DNA of 64,000 nucleotides from Polyangiaceae bacterium (GTDB lineage Bacteria; Myxococcota_A; Polyangia; Polyangiales; Polyangiaceae). The notes under the pieces are model-generated. The model worked only from the letters and a program-made list of their open reading frames with translations, made no database searches and had not been told where the DNA came from. Of the stretch, positions 19,801-29,104 are shown one piece after another (the stretch's first letter is position 1; the number at the start of each line of letters is the position of its first letter). The translations under genes were made by a program, and so were the position numbers. Location: NCBI GenBank assembly GCA_965222375.1, contig CBDCTZ010000014.1, positions 736,001 to 800,000 on the forward strand, written 5' to 3'.

Positions 19801-20904
19801 ATGATCATCACCCTCGCCCCGGATGCTGGCGCAGACGTAGAGAAAGCCGTGGAGCGGCTCGCCCTGCGCCACGAGGGCATCACCCCTAGGCGCCATGCGT
19901 TCGAAGGCTCTCGAGAAACGATCACGGAAATCCACCTGGTCGGCCAAACCAGACAAGTGCCTACGGAGGTATTCGAAGCCATCCCGGGCGTGTTGCGCGT
20001 GGTACGGGTTTCCACCAAGTACCGCCTGATCGGTCGCCACGACAACGTCGTCGAGACGAGCGGTTTCGAATACTGCGGCGTGAAGTTCGATGACAGCAGC
20101 GTCAACATCTTTGCGGGGCTGTGCGCTGTGGACACGCGCAAGCATGTCGACACCATGATGGCCGCACTGGCATCCGTTGGCCTGCGCACGACCCGCATGG
20201 GCGCCTACAAGCCGCGCACCAGCCCCTACGATTTCCAAGGCTTGGGCAAAGAGTGTCTGCCCTGGGTCTTCGAGTCCGCTGGCAAACATAAGATCCAAGT
20301 GATCAGCATGGAGGTCACGGACGCGCGCCACGTCGACGAGATCCGTGACGCCTTGGAATCCGCAGGCAACCCCACTGGGGTGATGCTTCAGGTTGGAACC
20401 CGCAACGCACAGAACTTCGAGTTGCTCAAGCAAGTGGGGCAGCAGAAGCGTTTCCCGGTGTTGTTCAAGCGCGGCATGGGCATCACCCTGGAAGAGTCCC
20501 TCAACGCCTGCGAGTACATTGCCAGCGAGGGCAACCCCAACATCGTATTTTGCCTGCGCGGCGTGAAAACTCACCTCGGAGACCCGCATCGCAACCTGGT
20601 CGACTTTGGACACGTTCCCGTGGTGCGACGCCTCACCCGACTACCCGTGTGCATCGACCCGTCCCATTCGGTTGGGCGTAGAGATGCCGGTCCTGATGGA
20701 GTGCCGGACATCGTGCACGTCATCAGTCAGGGCCTGATTGCCGGCGCGACCCAGGTGTTGGTGGACTTCCACCCCGAGCCCAGCGAGGCCCTCTGCGATG
20801 GTCCCCAGGCGCTATTGCCCTCGGATCTCGTGCGCCTGCTCGATCACTGCAAGCGCGTACGCGCTGCCAGTGAAGAGCTGTCTCGGGCTTGGACTGCGAG
20901 CTGA
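19801..20904 (+). CDS. aroF: 3-deoxy-7-phosphoheptulonate (DAHP) synthase, class I-beta
   Basis: AGLCAVD, GAYKPRTSPYDFQGLG, QVGTRNAQNF, KRG, DPSH and ALCDGPQ motifs. Confidence 0.9.
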   Translation: MIITLAPDAGADVEKAVERLALRHEGITPRRHAFEGSRETITEIHLVGQTRQVPTEVFEAIPGVLRVVRVSTKYRLIGRHDNVVETSGFEYCGVKFDDSSVNIFAGLCAVDTRKHVDTMMAALASVGLRTTRMGAYKPRTSPYDFQGLGKECLPWVFESAGKHKIQVISMEVTDARHVDEIRDALESAGNPTGVMLQVGTRNAQNFELLKQVGQQKRFPVLFKRGMGITLEESLNACEYIASEGNPNIVFCLRGVKTHLGDPHRNLVDFGHVPVVRRLTRLPVCIDPSHSVGRRDAGPDGVPDIVHVISQGLIAGATQVLVDFHPEPSEALCDGPQALLPSDLVRLLDHCKRVRAASEELSRAWTAS

Positions 20905-20905
20905 G

Positions 20906-22051
20906 TCAGGGCCGCGGCAGCCGCACTCGGACCAGATCGCGCCCGCCGTTGTGGTTTTCCCTGCCCGTGAACAGCACCTCGGGATGCCCAGGCACGATCA
21001 CAGGGATGGTGTACTGCGTGCTGTCCTTCACGAGCACGGTCGCCTTCCCGCTGGTCACATCCACCCGGACGAGTTGGGGGACCGCGGCGCGCTTGCGCGT
21101 CCTCCAGTTTTCGTACAGCAGCACGTGCCGCTCGGTCTGAAAGACGACGTCCTTGAAGGGCGTGTCTCGAAGCACGACTCGGCTCTTGCCCGTGGCGAAA
21201 TCGAATACGTGCAGTGCGGTCTTCTTGCCCTGCCTCTTGAAGTACGCGAAGCGTTTGCCCGACGGCGAATAGGGCGGATGACCCGAGTGGCCGAGGAATA
21301 GCCCGCGCCCAAGATGGTGCGTGCGTCCCGACGCCAGCTGCAGGCAGCGCAATCCGGCTCGCTGCCCGAAGCACACCCGGTCGCGGGTCGGCGAGACCAA
21401 CAGGCCTCCCAGCCCTCGTTCGGCCTTGCCGGCGCGATACAGGGTCTTCGTTCGACCCGTGGCGAGTTGCCAAAGGCTCAGCTCCCGGCACTCGGAGCGC
21501 TCGCGTCGAAAGCGCTCCTGACAACTCAGCACGCCGTCTCGCTGGCTCGCCGTCGCGAGCGGCGCGAGCAATGCAGGCGCCTGGTGGCCGATCAAGGGCA
21601 CGACGCTCGCGCGCTTGGACAACTTGACCAGGCTCTTGCCAGCGCAGAACACCCAGCGCCCGCCCTTGATGTGGCACAGACGCCCTCGGGCATCGAAGGA
21701 GAAATCACTGACCCGACCCACCACCTTGCGTACAGCGCGCCCCGTCGCCAAGTCGAATACGAACACCCCTGCCGCCGATGAGAACGCCAGGGACTTGCCA
21801 TCCAGAGACCAACGGATCGGGTAGCCCGTTGCGTATTCTTCGGGAAACACTCGGCGCGTCTTCTTCGCTGCCGTGGAGTAGAGATTCAGCGCGCCGTCTT
21901 GGCTGAAGTAGGCAACGTGTTCCCCGTTGGGTGCCGCGCTGGCGTGCGTGACGGCGCCCCGAAGCATGGTCACGTTTCGGGGCAGCGCTGTCGCGGATGT
22001 TGCGCTGAACAACAGGGCGCAGGCCAGAGCTGTGGGAAGTAGGCGCCGCAT
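20906..22051 (-). CDS. Secreted TolB/WD40-like beta-propeller protein, Arg-rich
   Basis: Signal peptide; repeated WSLDGK/YSPSGK/SPTRDR blades. Confidence 0.75.
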   Translation of the reverse strand: MRRLLPTALACALLFSATSATALPRNVTMLRGAVTHASAAPNGEHVAYFSQDGALNLYSTAAKKTRRVFPEEYATGYPIRWSLDGKSLAFSSAAGVFVFDLATGRAVRKVVGRVSDFSFDARGRLCHIKGGRWVFCAGKSLVKLSKRASVVPLIGHQAPALLAPLATASQRDGVLSCQERFRRERSECRELSLWQLATGRTKTLYRAGKAERGLGGLLVSPTRDRVCFGQRAGLRCLQLASGRTHHLGRGLFLGHSGHPPYSPSGKRFAYFKRQGKKTALHVFDFATGKSRVVLRDTPFKDVVFQTERHVLLYENWRTRKRAAVPQLVRVDVTSGKATVLVKDSTQYTIPVIVPGHPEVLFTGRENHNGGRDLVRVRLPRP

Positions 22052-22063
22052 CGCAGATCTCCG

Positions 22064-23596
22064 TCAGCGCACCGGGACGGGTCGTGGGCTCGGGGTGCCA
22101 TCCCGCCGGAAGTAGCGCCAGCCCGGGGCTTTCTTGCCGGCGGCGTAGTTGCCCTGCGCCGCCAACTGTCCGTTCTTGTGCCAGAAAGAAAACGCGCCGT
22201 GCTTGCGTCCCTGATTGTCGTAGCTGCCCCTCATCTTTGCTTTGCCACTCATGTGGTTTTCACGCCAGCTGCCGACGCGCCTCGCTGAGCGGTATTTGCC
22301 GGATAGCTTCAAGCGGCCGTTTCGCCACCACTGGCGGTAGTCACCCTCCAGCTGACCGCTGCTGTAGCCCGCTTCGACCAGCCGCGTACCGCTGTCGTGC
22401 CATTGCCGCATCTGCCCATGGACGCGGTCGCCGCGGTAGGTCGCGTCCAGGCGCAGCCTTCCACTGGGCAGCCACTCTCGGCTGCGCCCTTGTCGCTTTC
22501 CGCGCACGAAATGGTCCTCTTTGAAGCGCTTGCCGTTGTCATGGAAACGCAGCGACGTGCCGTGCTTTCTTCCGCGCAGGTATTCACTCCGCTCCTGCAA
22601 CTTGCCGTTTGCGTACCAGAGCTTGAAGGAACCCTCGCGCAGCCCCTTTTCATGCTGGGCCTCGGATTGCTTCTGGCCGCTTTCGAACCAGCTCCGCCAC
22701 AACCCAGTTCGGCGTCCGGCCGCGTTCCTTCCGCGCTCCTGGATCTTGCCGCTGGCGTAGAAACGCTTTTCCAACCCCTCCGCTCGCCCGTCCTTGTATT
22801 CAGCGACGTAGGCCAGCTTACCGTCGTCGTACCACTTGCGCTGTTTGCCGTGCAGACGCCCGGCTCGGTATCGCCACTCGGCGCGTTTGGCGCCGTCGGG
22901 GTAGCGCTCGATCTTGATCGGAGGCGCTGCGGGCAATGCCACTCGGGCGCCGCATCCGCCGGTGGGTTTGAAGTCGCGATAGGCGCCGCCGACGATCAGG
23001 TAGATGAGCGCGCTGCCGAAGGCGTCGCCAAAGCCCGCTACGGGCTTCTTGCGATTCTCGGCGCAGGCCGCGTTGAGCAGCCGTACGACCTCTCGCCGGC
23101 GCGCATTGAGTGGGCGCGGTCCCGAGCCCCGCGGCGACAGCACGTAGTCGGCTTGTGCCAGGGAGATTCCTGCGACGAAGAGCATTGCCGGATCTCGGCT
23201 GCCCTTCACGGACCGGGTGATATGGCGACTGCCACTTCGAGCCAAGTCCGGGCGACCCTTCGCGCCGCGCATGGATGCGTGGATCTCGGACAGACCCACA
23301 TCGAAGCGTCGCCACTTGTCCTTCGGCTTCTTCGCCAGCCGCTGGCGCAAGAACTGAGTCGGCCCGAGGCCCCGCGCATCGCGCTGCGTCATGCCGATGA
23401 TGGCAAAGTGGTGGAACGCATTGCGATCCGTGAGCAGCTGCAAGAAGGTTTCCTGCTCCGGGCGCAGCGTGGTCGGGACCGACACGCTGTTGAAGAAGGA
23501 ATCCGCGCGGGCTGGCGACGCGAGCAGGCAGGTGGCGCCGATGGTCGCCGACAGCAGCAGTGCGCTGCCAAGTGCGCGCAGGCCCGAAACCCTCAC
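22064..23596 (-). CDS. Secreted protein with C-terminal MORN-variant (YwqK-like) repeats
   Basis: About 10 repeats of G..HG....WY.NG; N-terminal signal peptide; start uncertain. Confidence 0.8.
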   Translation of the reverse strand: MRVSGLRALGSALLLSATIGATCLLASPARADSFFNSVSVPTTLRPEQETFLQLLTDRNAFHHFAIIGMTQRDARGLGPTQFLRQRLAKKPKDKWRRFDVGLSEIHASMRGAKGRPDLARSGSRHITRSVKGSRDPAMLFVAGISLAQADYVLSPRGSGPRPLNARRREVVRLLNAACAENRKKPVAGFGDAFGSALIYLIVGGAYRDFKPTGGCGARVALPAAPPIKIERYPDGAKRAEWRYRAGRLHGKQRKWYDDGKLAYVAEYKDGRAEGLEKRFYASGKIQERGRNAAGRRTGLWRSWFESGQKQSEAQHEKGLREGSFKLWYANGKLQERSEYLRGRKHGTSLRFHDNGKRFKEDHFVRGKRQGRSREWLPSGRLRLDATYRGDRVHGQMRQWHDSGTRLVEAGYSSGQLEGDYRQWWRNGRLKLSGKYRSARRVGSWRENHMSGKAKMRGSYDNQGRKHGAFSFWHKNGQLAAQGNYAAGKKAPGWRYFRRDGTPSPRPVPVR

Positions 23597-23698
23597 CAGA
23601 CCACGTACGCTGAGCCGCTCCGGGTTCTTCCGCAAAAACCGCCACGTGCGGCTCGACGGCTGCAAATCGGCGAGCTTTGGCGGACCCGCTCCAGGGAG

Positions 23699-23755
23699 GC
23701 CTGAGTCGAGAGTAGGGGCCCAATGTGCACCAGTGCTCGACCCCAACCCAACCCA
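23699..23755 (+). repeat. Dispersed bipartite intergenic motif, copy c
   Basis: CCTGAGTCGAGAGTAGGGGCCC...CGACCCCAACCCAACC. Confidence 0.7.
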
Positions 23756-23810
23756 ATCAACGGCAGCTAAGCACGGGAATGCAAGGGTTGCTGCGGCCAG
23801 GCAGAGTCAT

Positions 23811-23866
23811 TGGTTTTGGGGGTCGGTTCACTGGGCCACGCTGGGTAACTACTCTCGACTTGGGCC
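23811..23866 (-). repeat. Dispersed bipartite intergenic motif, copy d (intact version of the IS110 target)
   Basis: Reverse complement reads GGCCCAAGTCGAGAGTAG-N23-CGACCCCCAAAACC. Confidence 0.75.
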
Positions 23867-23892
23867 ACCGAGGGCCGCTTGCACGGCGACGG

Positions 23893-24633
23893 TTACGCCG
23901 CGGACTCCCGCGAGAGCCACTGCTCCAGGTCGTCCGCGCCGCCGATGTGCGCTCCGTTCACGAAGACCTGAGGCGTTGTGACGCGTCCGCTCAGTGCTTG
24001 CAGAGCACCTGGCCGCACGCTCTCGCCGAGCACGATCTCCTCGTAGGGCATGTTCTGCAATGAGAGCAGCTCCTTGGCCCGAGCGCAGTGGGGGCAGCCC
24101 GGACGCGTGATGATGGCTACCGGTGCCGACAGCTTGGCGCCCGGGGCGATGGCGCGCAGCATGGTGTCCGCGTCGGACACCTCGAAGGGGTCGCCGTCCT
24201 TCTCGGGCTCGATGAATAGCTCTTTCACCACACCGTCATCCACGAACATGGAGTAGCGCCAAGAGCGCTTGCCGAAGCCGATCGCGGACTTGTCGACCAA
24301 CAGGCCCAGGGCCTCGGTGAGGGAGCCATTGCCATCTGGAAGCAGGCGCACGTGCTGCAAGCTCTGCGCCTTTCCCCAGGCCTCCATCACGAAAGCGTCA
24401 TTGACGGAGACACATAGGATCTCGTCGACGCCGTGTTGCTTGAAGATCGGCGCGAGCTCTTCATAGCGAGGTAGGTGGGTCGACGAACAGGTCGGAGTGA
24501 ACGCGCCCGGCAGCGAGAACACGACGACCTTGCGGCCGAGGAATATCTCGTCGGTCTCCAGGCGCGTGAAGCGCCCGTCTTCGCGTACAGCTAGAACCAC
24601 ATTCGGAATCTTGGTGCCTTTTTGAATCTTCAT
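23893..24633 (-). CDS. Hybrid peroxiredoxin (Prx5)-glutaredoxin
   Basis: LPGAFTPTCS, VSVNDAFVM and RSWRYSM; C-terminal CPHC and TPQVF.NG..IGG. Confidence 0.93.
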   Translation of the reverse strand: MKIQKGTKIPNVVLAVREDGRFTRLETDEIFLGRKVVVFSLPGAFTPTCSSTHLPRYEELAPIFKQHGVDEILCVSVNDAFVMEAWGKAQSLQHVRLLPDGNGSLTEALGLLVDKSAIGFGKRSWRYSMFVDDGVVKELFIEPEKDGDPFEVSDADTMLRAIAPGAKLSAPVAIITRPGCPHCARAKELLSLQNMPYEEIVLGESVRPGALQALSGRVTTPQVFVNGAHIGGADDLEQWLSRESAA

Positions 24634-24657
24634 GCCCAGGAAGATGGGGCCGGCACT

Positions 24658-24707
24658 CGATAAGGTCCAATCGAAGCTTCGGACCTGGCGATAAGTTCAG
24701 CTTATCG
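24658..24707. promoter_or_regulatory. Possible OxyR/LysR-type binding site
   Basis: CGATAA-N7-TTATCG at 24689-24707 plus CGATAA...ATCG at 24658-24673, upstream of the Prx-Grx gene. Confidence 0.45.
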
Positions 24708-25523
24708 GGCGGGCGCGGGCGCCGACAGCCAGCTCGGGCCGCCCAGCAGGCCCACGATTCGACCCGAGATCTCCCCCCAAATCGCGGCGGATAGCACCCA
24801 CCACAAGGCGATCCACACCGGGACGCCCCAGATCCATCCCAAGTGATAGGCGTGCAGCTGCCCCACCTGGATGTAGAGCACTTCGACCGCAGGCCCTAGC
24901 GTTCCGAAGACGGCCAGCACCGCGAGGCGGCGCGCATCGGGTCGCAGCAGGATCAGCAGACCGACGATGCCCAACGCAAAGGGCAGCCAGGAGAAAACCG
25001 GATCCAGGTAGAGCCGATAGATGGTCTGGCGCGTGATTATGACCAGCGCGAGCATGACGCCGATGCGCACGCCAACGTGCCGCGTCACGTGGCGACCCAA
25101 ATGCACGGCGTTGCTTGCGGGCGACAGCCGCAGTCGCGACCAGCGGAAGAGCGAGGAGACCAAGCGCAAGATCAGGCCCCAGTACAGCAGCATCCAGATC
25201 GGAACACGGCTCAGCTCTGGGAAGTACACGGGCACCGTGTAGTCGTAGATGCGATGGCGCGTGACGCTGTTCCAGTCGTTCACCGCCCCGAGCAACGTGC
25301 ACATTGAGCAGAAGACGAGCTCGCCGAGCAAGGACAGATCCCGCTGCTCCCGGGGCAAGCGAGCAAACACCACCAGGCGCAGGGCCAGCACTGCGCCGAC
25401 TCCAAGCGTCATCACGCTCAGGCGCTGGCTCCACAGGCAGATCCCGACGCTGATCAGCGCGACGCTGGCCAGGTCGAGAGCAAAGCCGCGATCCGAAACC
25501 CGTGGCTGCGACAAGTTGTTCAT
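24702..25523 (-). CDS. Multi-TM membrane protein with two tandem DUF2878-like repeats
   Basis: Two copies of a pattern ending Y......VP(I/V)W...(Y/W)W; ATGA overlap with the radical SAM gene. Confidence 0.7.
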   Translation of the reverse strand: MNNLSQPRVSDRGFALDLASVALISVGICLWSQRLSVMTLGVGAVLALRLVVFARLPREQRDLSLLGELVFCSMCTLLGAVNDWNSVTRHRIYDYTVPVYFPELSRVPIWMLLYWGLILRLVSSLFRWSRLRLSPASNAVHLGRHVTRHVGVRIGVMLALVIITRQTIYRLYLDPVFSWLPFALGIVGLLILLRPDARRLAVLAVFGTLGPAVEVLYIQVGQLHAYHLGWIWGVPVWIALWWVLSAAIWGEISGRIVGLLGGPSWLSAPAPAR

Positions 25524-26827
25524 CCGCTGCGCCGCACGAAATCCGCTGCCTCGCGCAGCAGGGACAGGGGGTGCTCAACGCCATGGGCGTAAGCGTCGGT
25601 GGTGTAGTTCTGGGCCCAGTTGCAATTGGCGCCGCATTGATTCTTGGCGGGGCCGTGGAAACCCGTTGGTGAGATGACGCGCGTGGCGTGCGCATACAGC
25701 TCATCGACGTTGTCGAAGTCCAGAACGCTCACGTATTCGGGTTTCGTGTTGACTGCGGCCTTGCAAGGCCAGGCCAGGCGCCCGTCATGGTCCACGTGGG
25801 GCTTGAGAGTATTGCGGCAATGCAGAGGAGCGGCGCTGAGCAGTCGTTGGTTCATGCGCAGGGAGCCCGCGATCCGCTGCCCCTCGCGCTTGCGCTGCAA
25901 GATCGTGGCTACGAGCTGCGCGTACTCGGGGTCTTGTCGCACCCGAGCATCGATGCGTGGGCCGCAGTTCTGGGGCACGGGGCAGAACGCGATCCCGAGA
26001 TCGTCGGCCAGGTCGAGCACGGCTCGCGCCTCGCGGATCAGACCGGGCTGAATCACCGTGTTGACCATCAGCTTGAAACCCAGGTGCGGGGCCAGCTCTC
26101 GGAGGAGCAATAAGTTGCGGATCACGTCCTCGGGTCGCGGTGTCACCCAGAGTCGCTCCAGGGTCTTCAAGTGCAGCGCGTCGAGGCTGACCACCAATAC
26201 GTCTAGATCTGACAAGAAGCCGCTCCACTCGGGCTTTTGGAGCAGTTTGTGGAACAGGCTCCCGTTGGTGTTCAACACGACGGGGAAGAAGTCGAGATCC
26301 CGCGCTGCCCGAGTAAGCTCGGGCAAGTCCTTACGCAAGGTCGGTTCGCCGCCCGCGAAATACACGCTGGGGCAGCGCGAGCGCATGATCTGAAGCAGGC
26401 GCTTACCCTGCGCGGTCGTCAGCTTGCCCTTGCCGCTCAGCTCTGGGTACTTCGCGCCCTGGTGGTCGTCGCAATACGTGCAGCGGAAGTTGCACGGGCG
26501 CAGGGTGGTCCAGATGAAGTAGAGCGGCAGCAGGTCCTCGCGCCCAGCCCGGGTGCGGCTCCGGTTTTCGACGTAGTTTTCCGCAGCCGTTTTCCAGGCG
26601 CTCAGCCGACGCTTGGTCTCTCGGCGGCGGCTTTGCCTTGGACTGAGCTGGGTGAGCAACCTGCGCGCCTGGTGTCGGGCCTCGCGTTGTAGCCGGGGCC
26701 AATCCGGGTGCCCTGGCGCGGGCTTGTAGCGACGAAACTCTGGCAGACTCTCGGGGGGCGCGCTTTCGTCCGTGCGCGGGCGCCCGACACGGGCGCTGCT
26801 TCGCAGAGGAATGGGAGTGGTTTGCAT
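25520..26827 (-). CDS. Radical SAM protein with C-terminal Cys cluster (SPASM/twitch-like)
   Basis: CNFRCTYC, AGGEP and NTNG; C-terminal C...PC...CGANC. Confidence 0.9.
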   Translation of the reverse strand: MQTTPIPLRSSARVGRPRTDESAPPESLPEFRRYKPAPGHPDWPRLQREARHQARRLLTQLSPRQSRRRETKRRLSAWKTAAENYVENRSRTRAGREDLLPLYFIWTTLRPCNFRCTYCDDHQGAKYPELSGKGKLTTAQGKRLLQIMRSRCPSVYFAGGEPTLRKDLPELTRAARDLDFFPVVLNTNGSLFHKLLQKPEWSGFLSDLDVLVVSLDALHLKTLERLWVTPRPEDVIRNLLLLRELAPHLGFKLMVNTVIQPGLIREARAVLDLADDLGIAFCPVPQNCGPRIDARVRQDPEYAQLVATILQRKREGQRIAGSLRMNQRLLSAAPLHCRNTLKPHVDHDGRLAWPCKAAVNTKPEYVSVLDFDNVDELYAHATRVISPTGFHGPAKNQCGANCNWAQNYTTDAYAHGVEHPLSLLREAADFVRRSG

Positions 26828-26838
26828 GACGCTTCCTT

Positions 26839-27471
26839 TCAAGAAGGGCGGGACAGGGTTGGGAAGGCAGCGCCCAGAGCGCCGACGGACAGCATCGCCA
26901 GGACCTCGACCGCTCGCGTACGGCTCACCTTGCCGAACAGGTATTGCAGGCCGACTCGCGTCCACATGCCCAGCAGCGCCTGCGCCAACAACTCCGCGTC
27001 CGGTAGCGAGCGCCCCAACTGCTCGGCCACAGCCGCCAGTCGCGTTGCGAGCATCGCCGCCACTTGCGGGTTGATGCCGTCGCGCAGGGATTCGATGTTG
27101 CCGTCCATGCCGGCGCGCTGGGCAAAAGCAAGCACCAGGCCCCGCTCCGCGTGCCAATGGTCCAGGCAGATCTCGGCGAGCTTGGCCGCTGTCCGGTGCG
27201 GGTTCTCAGCCGAGTCGGGTTTCCAGGCCCGCTCCAGCTTGGAAACCAGGCCCTGGTTGAACTGGAGCAGGAGCTCGTCGAGCAGCTCCTCCTTGCTCGC
27301 GAAGTGCACGTAGAAGGTGCCGTGAGCAACTCCGGCGGCCTTGGCGATGTCGCCCACCTGGGTGCTCGCGAAGCCCTTCTTGGAGAAGAGCTCGCGGGCT
27401 CGGGAGCGCAGCTGGCTGCGAGTTCGCTGTTTTTTCTCGGCTCTGGTAAGAACTACGGCACTGGGCGACAT
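26839..27471 (-). CDS. TetR/AcrR-family regulator
   Basis: GFASTQVGDIAKAAGVAHGTFYVHFASKEEL HTH. Confidence 0.93.
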   Translation of the reverse strand: MSPSAVVLTRAEKKQRTRSQLRSRARELFSKKGFASTQVGDIAKAAGVAHGTFYVHFASKEELLDELLLQFNQGLVSKLERAWKPDSAENPHRTAAKLAEICLDHWHAERGLVLAFAQRAGMDGNIESLRDGINPQVAAMLATRLAAVAEQLGRSLPDAELLAQALLGMWTRVGLQYLFGKVSRTRAVEVLAMLSVGALGAAFPTLSRPS

Positions 27472-27523
27472 CAAGTCACTGATAGTAATTCAGTGACTTG
27501 ATGTCAATGACTTAGAGTCAGTT
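27467..27523. promoter_or_regulatory. TetR operator region
   Basis: GACATCAAGTCACTGA-N7-TCAGTGACTTGATGTC (16-bp perfect arms, 27467-27505) then TGACT-TAG-AGTCA. Confidence 0.75.
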
Positions 27524-27534
27524 AACGAAGTGAG

Positions 27535-29010
27535 CTAGTTCGTTGAGGCCGGTTTTTCCGCTGGTTTCGGGGCTGGCTTGGGCGCTGGTTTTTCGGTGGG
27601 TTTCGGAGCGGGCTTGGGCTTGGGCGTCTCGATCTTGGGCAGCGGCAGGCCGGGTAGGGCGCTGGGCAGAGGCGGCAGGCCACTGGGAATGGGAGGCAGC
27701 CCGCTGGGCAGCGGTGGCAGCCCTTTGAGGTCCTTGGGAAACTCGGTCGGCAGCTTGAAGCCCGCGATTTCGATCTCCGGGATGGGCAAGGGCTTGAGGC
27801 CACAGCCGATCCCGATCGTGCGCAGCACCTTGGCATTGTCGAGATCCCGCGAGTCCGCGCGGATCTTGACCACGATCCCCACGCCGCCCTTCATGGCCGC
27901 CTTCGCGAGTGCCCCCGCGAGCTTGCCCAAGGTCTGACCTAGATACGATTCCGCGGCTGCTCCCGCGAGCGCCGTGCATGCGATGTTGCCGGTGAGATCC
28001 AGCGCAAGGGTGGCGTGGGTCGCGTGTCGGTCGATGTTGCCCTTGCCCCGCAAGGAGAAGTCGCCCGCCTTCACCTTGGATTCGGTCAGCTCGATTCGCG
28101 TGCGCGGCGCATTCAGCTTCAGCTTGGAGTCGAACGTGGTGGTGTCTCCGAAGACGATGCCATCGAGCTCTCGCGGATGCGGCGGCACGTAGCCTTTGAG
28201 GGTCACGCTGAGATCTCCCGAAATGGGCTCTGGCGTGGCGCTCTTGGGCAGCGTGAGATTCACGACGGCGCTCGCGGTGACGTCTTCGATCGGCAACTTG
28301 ACCCCGAGGGGGTCGGCCAGCTTTTCGGCTTTTACTGGCAGAAGTTCGATCTTGGCGGTGGGCTCGGGCAGGGCGTGTTGCACGCTGATGCGCACGGGCG
28401 CTCGACTCACGTCTTCTTCACCGAAGCCCAGCCCGACCACGGCGTCATCGCTGGTCCAAGAGGCGCCGATCTTGCCCAAGGGCGCGCCAGCAAAGGTGGC
28501 GGCTTCGGCACGGAATAGCGCGCCTCCCTTTTGCGGAGCGACTTCGCCGCCGGCGATCTGCAGCCAGGGCTCTTCTTTGACTCGCTCCCGCCAGGTGAAC
28601 GAAATCTCTTTGGCCTGCGCCGGTAGCTTCAGCGTTCTGGGATACTGCTTGGCCCACTGGGTGACTTCCAGGGCCAGCAGCGGCGCCGAACCTGCGGTTT
28701 CGATGCTCACATCGGTGGCCAGGACGCTCTTGGGCTCGAGAAAGTCGAGCCCAACCTCGAGGGTCTTTGCGCTGCCGACCAGGCCCTGCACGCCCACCAG
28801 CCGAAAGCGCGCGTCGCTGACCGTGGCGCGACCGAACCCGAAGCTGACTTTTCCCGGCTCCAGCTCGACTCCACGCTCTTTGGCCTCGGCCACGATGCGG
28901 TCCCGCAGATATCCCGGGAGGAGCAGCATGGCGGCAGCGCCCACGGCCACGATGGCGCCAACCACGAAGGCGCCCAGGATTAGAATGAGCTTTTTGCGTC
29001 CGCTAGCCAT
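27535..29010 (-). CDS. Membrane-anchored AsmA-like beta-rich protein with Pro-rich tail
   Basis: N-terminal TM helix, alternating beta-strand pattern, GLPPLPS and KPAP repeats. Confidence 0.6.
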   Translation of the reverse strand: MASGRKKLILILGAFVVGAIVAVGAAAMLLLPGYLRDRIVAEAKERGVELEPGKVSFGFGRATVSDARFRLVGVQGLVGSAKTLEVGLDFLEPKSVLATDVSIETAGSAPLLALEVTQWAKQYPRTLKLPAQAKEISFTWRERVKEEPWLQIAGGEVAPQKGGALFRAEAATFAGAPLGKIGASWTSDDAVVGLGFGEEDVSRAPVRISVQHALPEPTAKIELLPVKAEKLADPLGVKLPIEDVTASAVVNLTLPKSATPEPISGDLSVTLKGYVPPHPRELDGIVFGDTTTFDSKLKLNAPRTRIELTESKVKAGDFSLRGKGNIDRHATHATLALDLTGNIACTALAGAAAESYLGQTLGKLAGALAKAAMKGGVGIVVKIRADSRDLDNAKVLRTIGIGCGLKPLPIPEIEIAGFKLPTEFPKDLKGLPPLPSGLPPIPSGLPPLPSALPGLPLPKIETPKPKPAPKPTEKPAPKPAPKPAEKPASTN

Positions 29011-29104
29011 GCCCGAGTTCTAACTCGCTTCGCAGCCGCGCGTCAGCGCCGGACCCCGAGAGCGGGAAAATTCAACCAAGCTCTGCTATTTGTCCGCCTG
29101 CGCC

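Noticed and set aside
22064..23596. Toxin-antitoxin system suggested by YwqK-like repeats
   Set aside because: No adjacent toxin is recognisable, and MORN-variant repeats alone do not imply a TA system.
27545..27730. Nucleotide periodicity at the end of the AsmA-like gene
   Set aside because: Explained by the encoded GLPPLPS and KPAP low-complexity peptide repeats.
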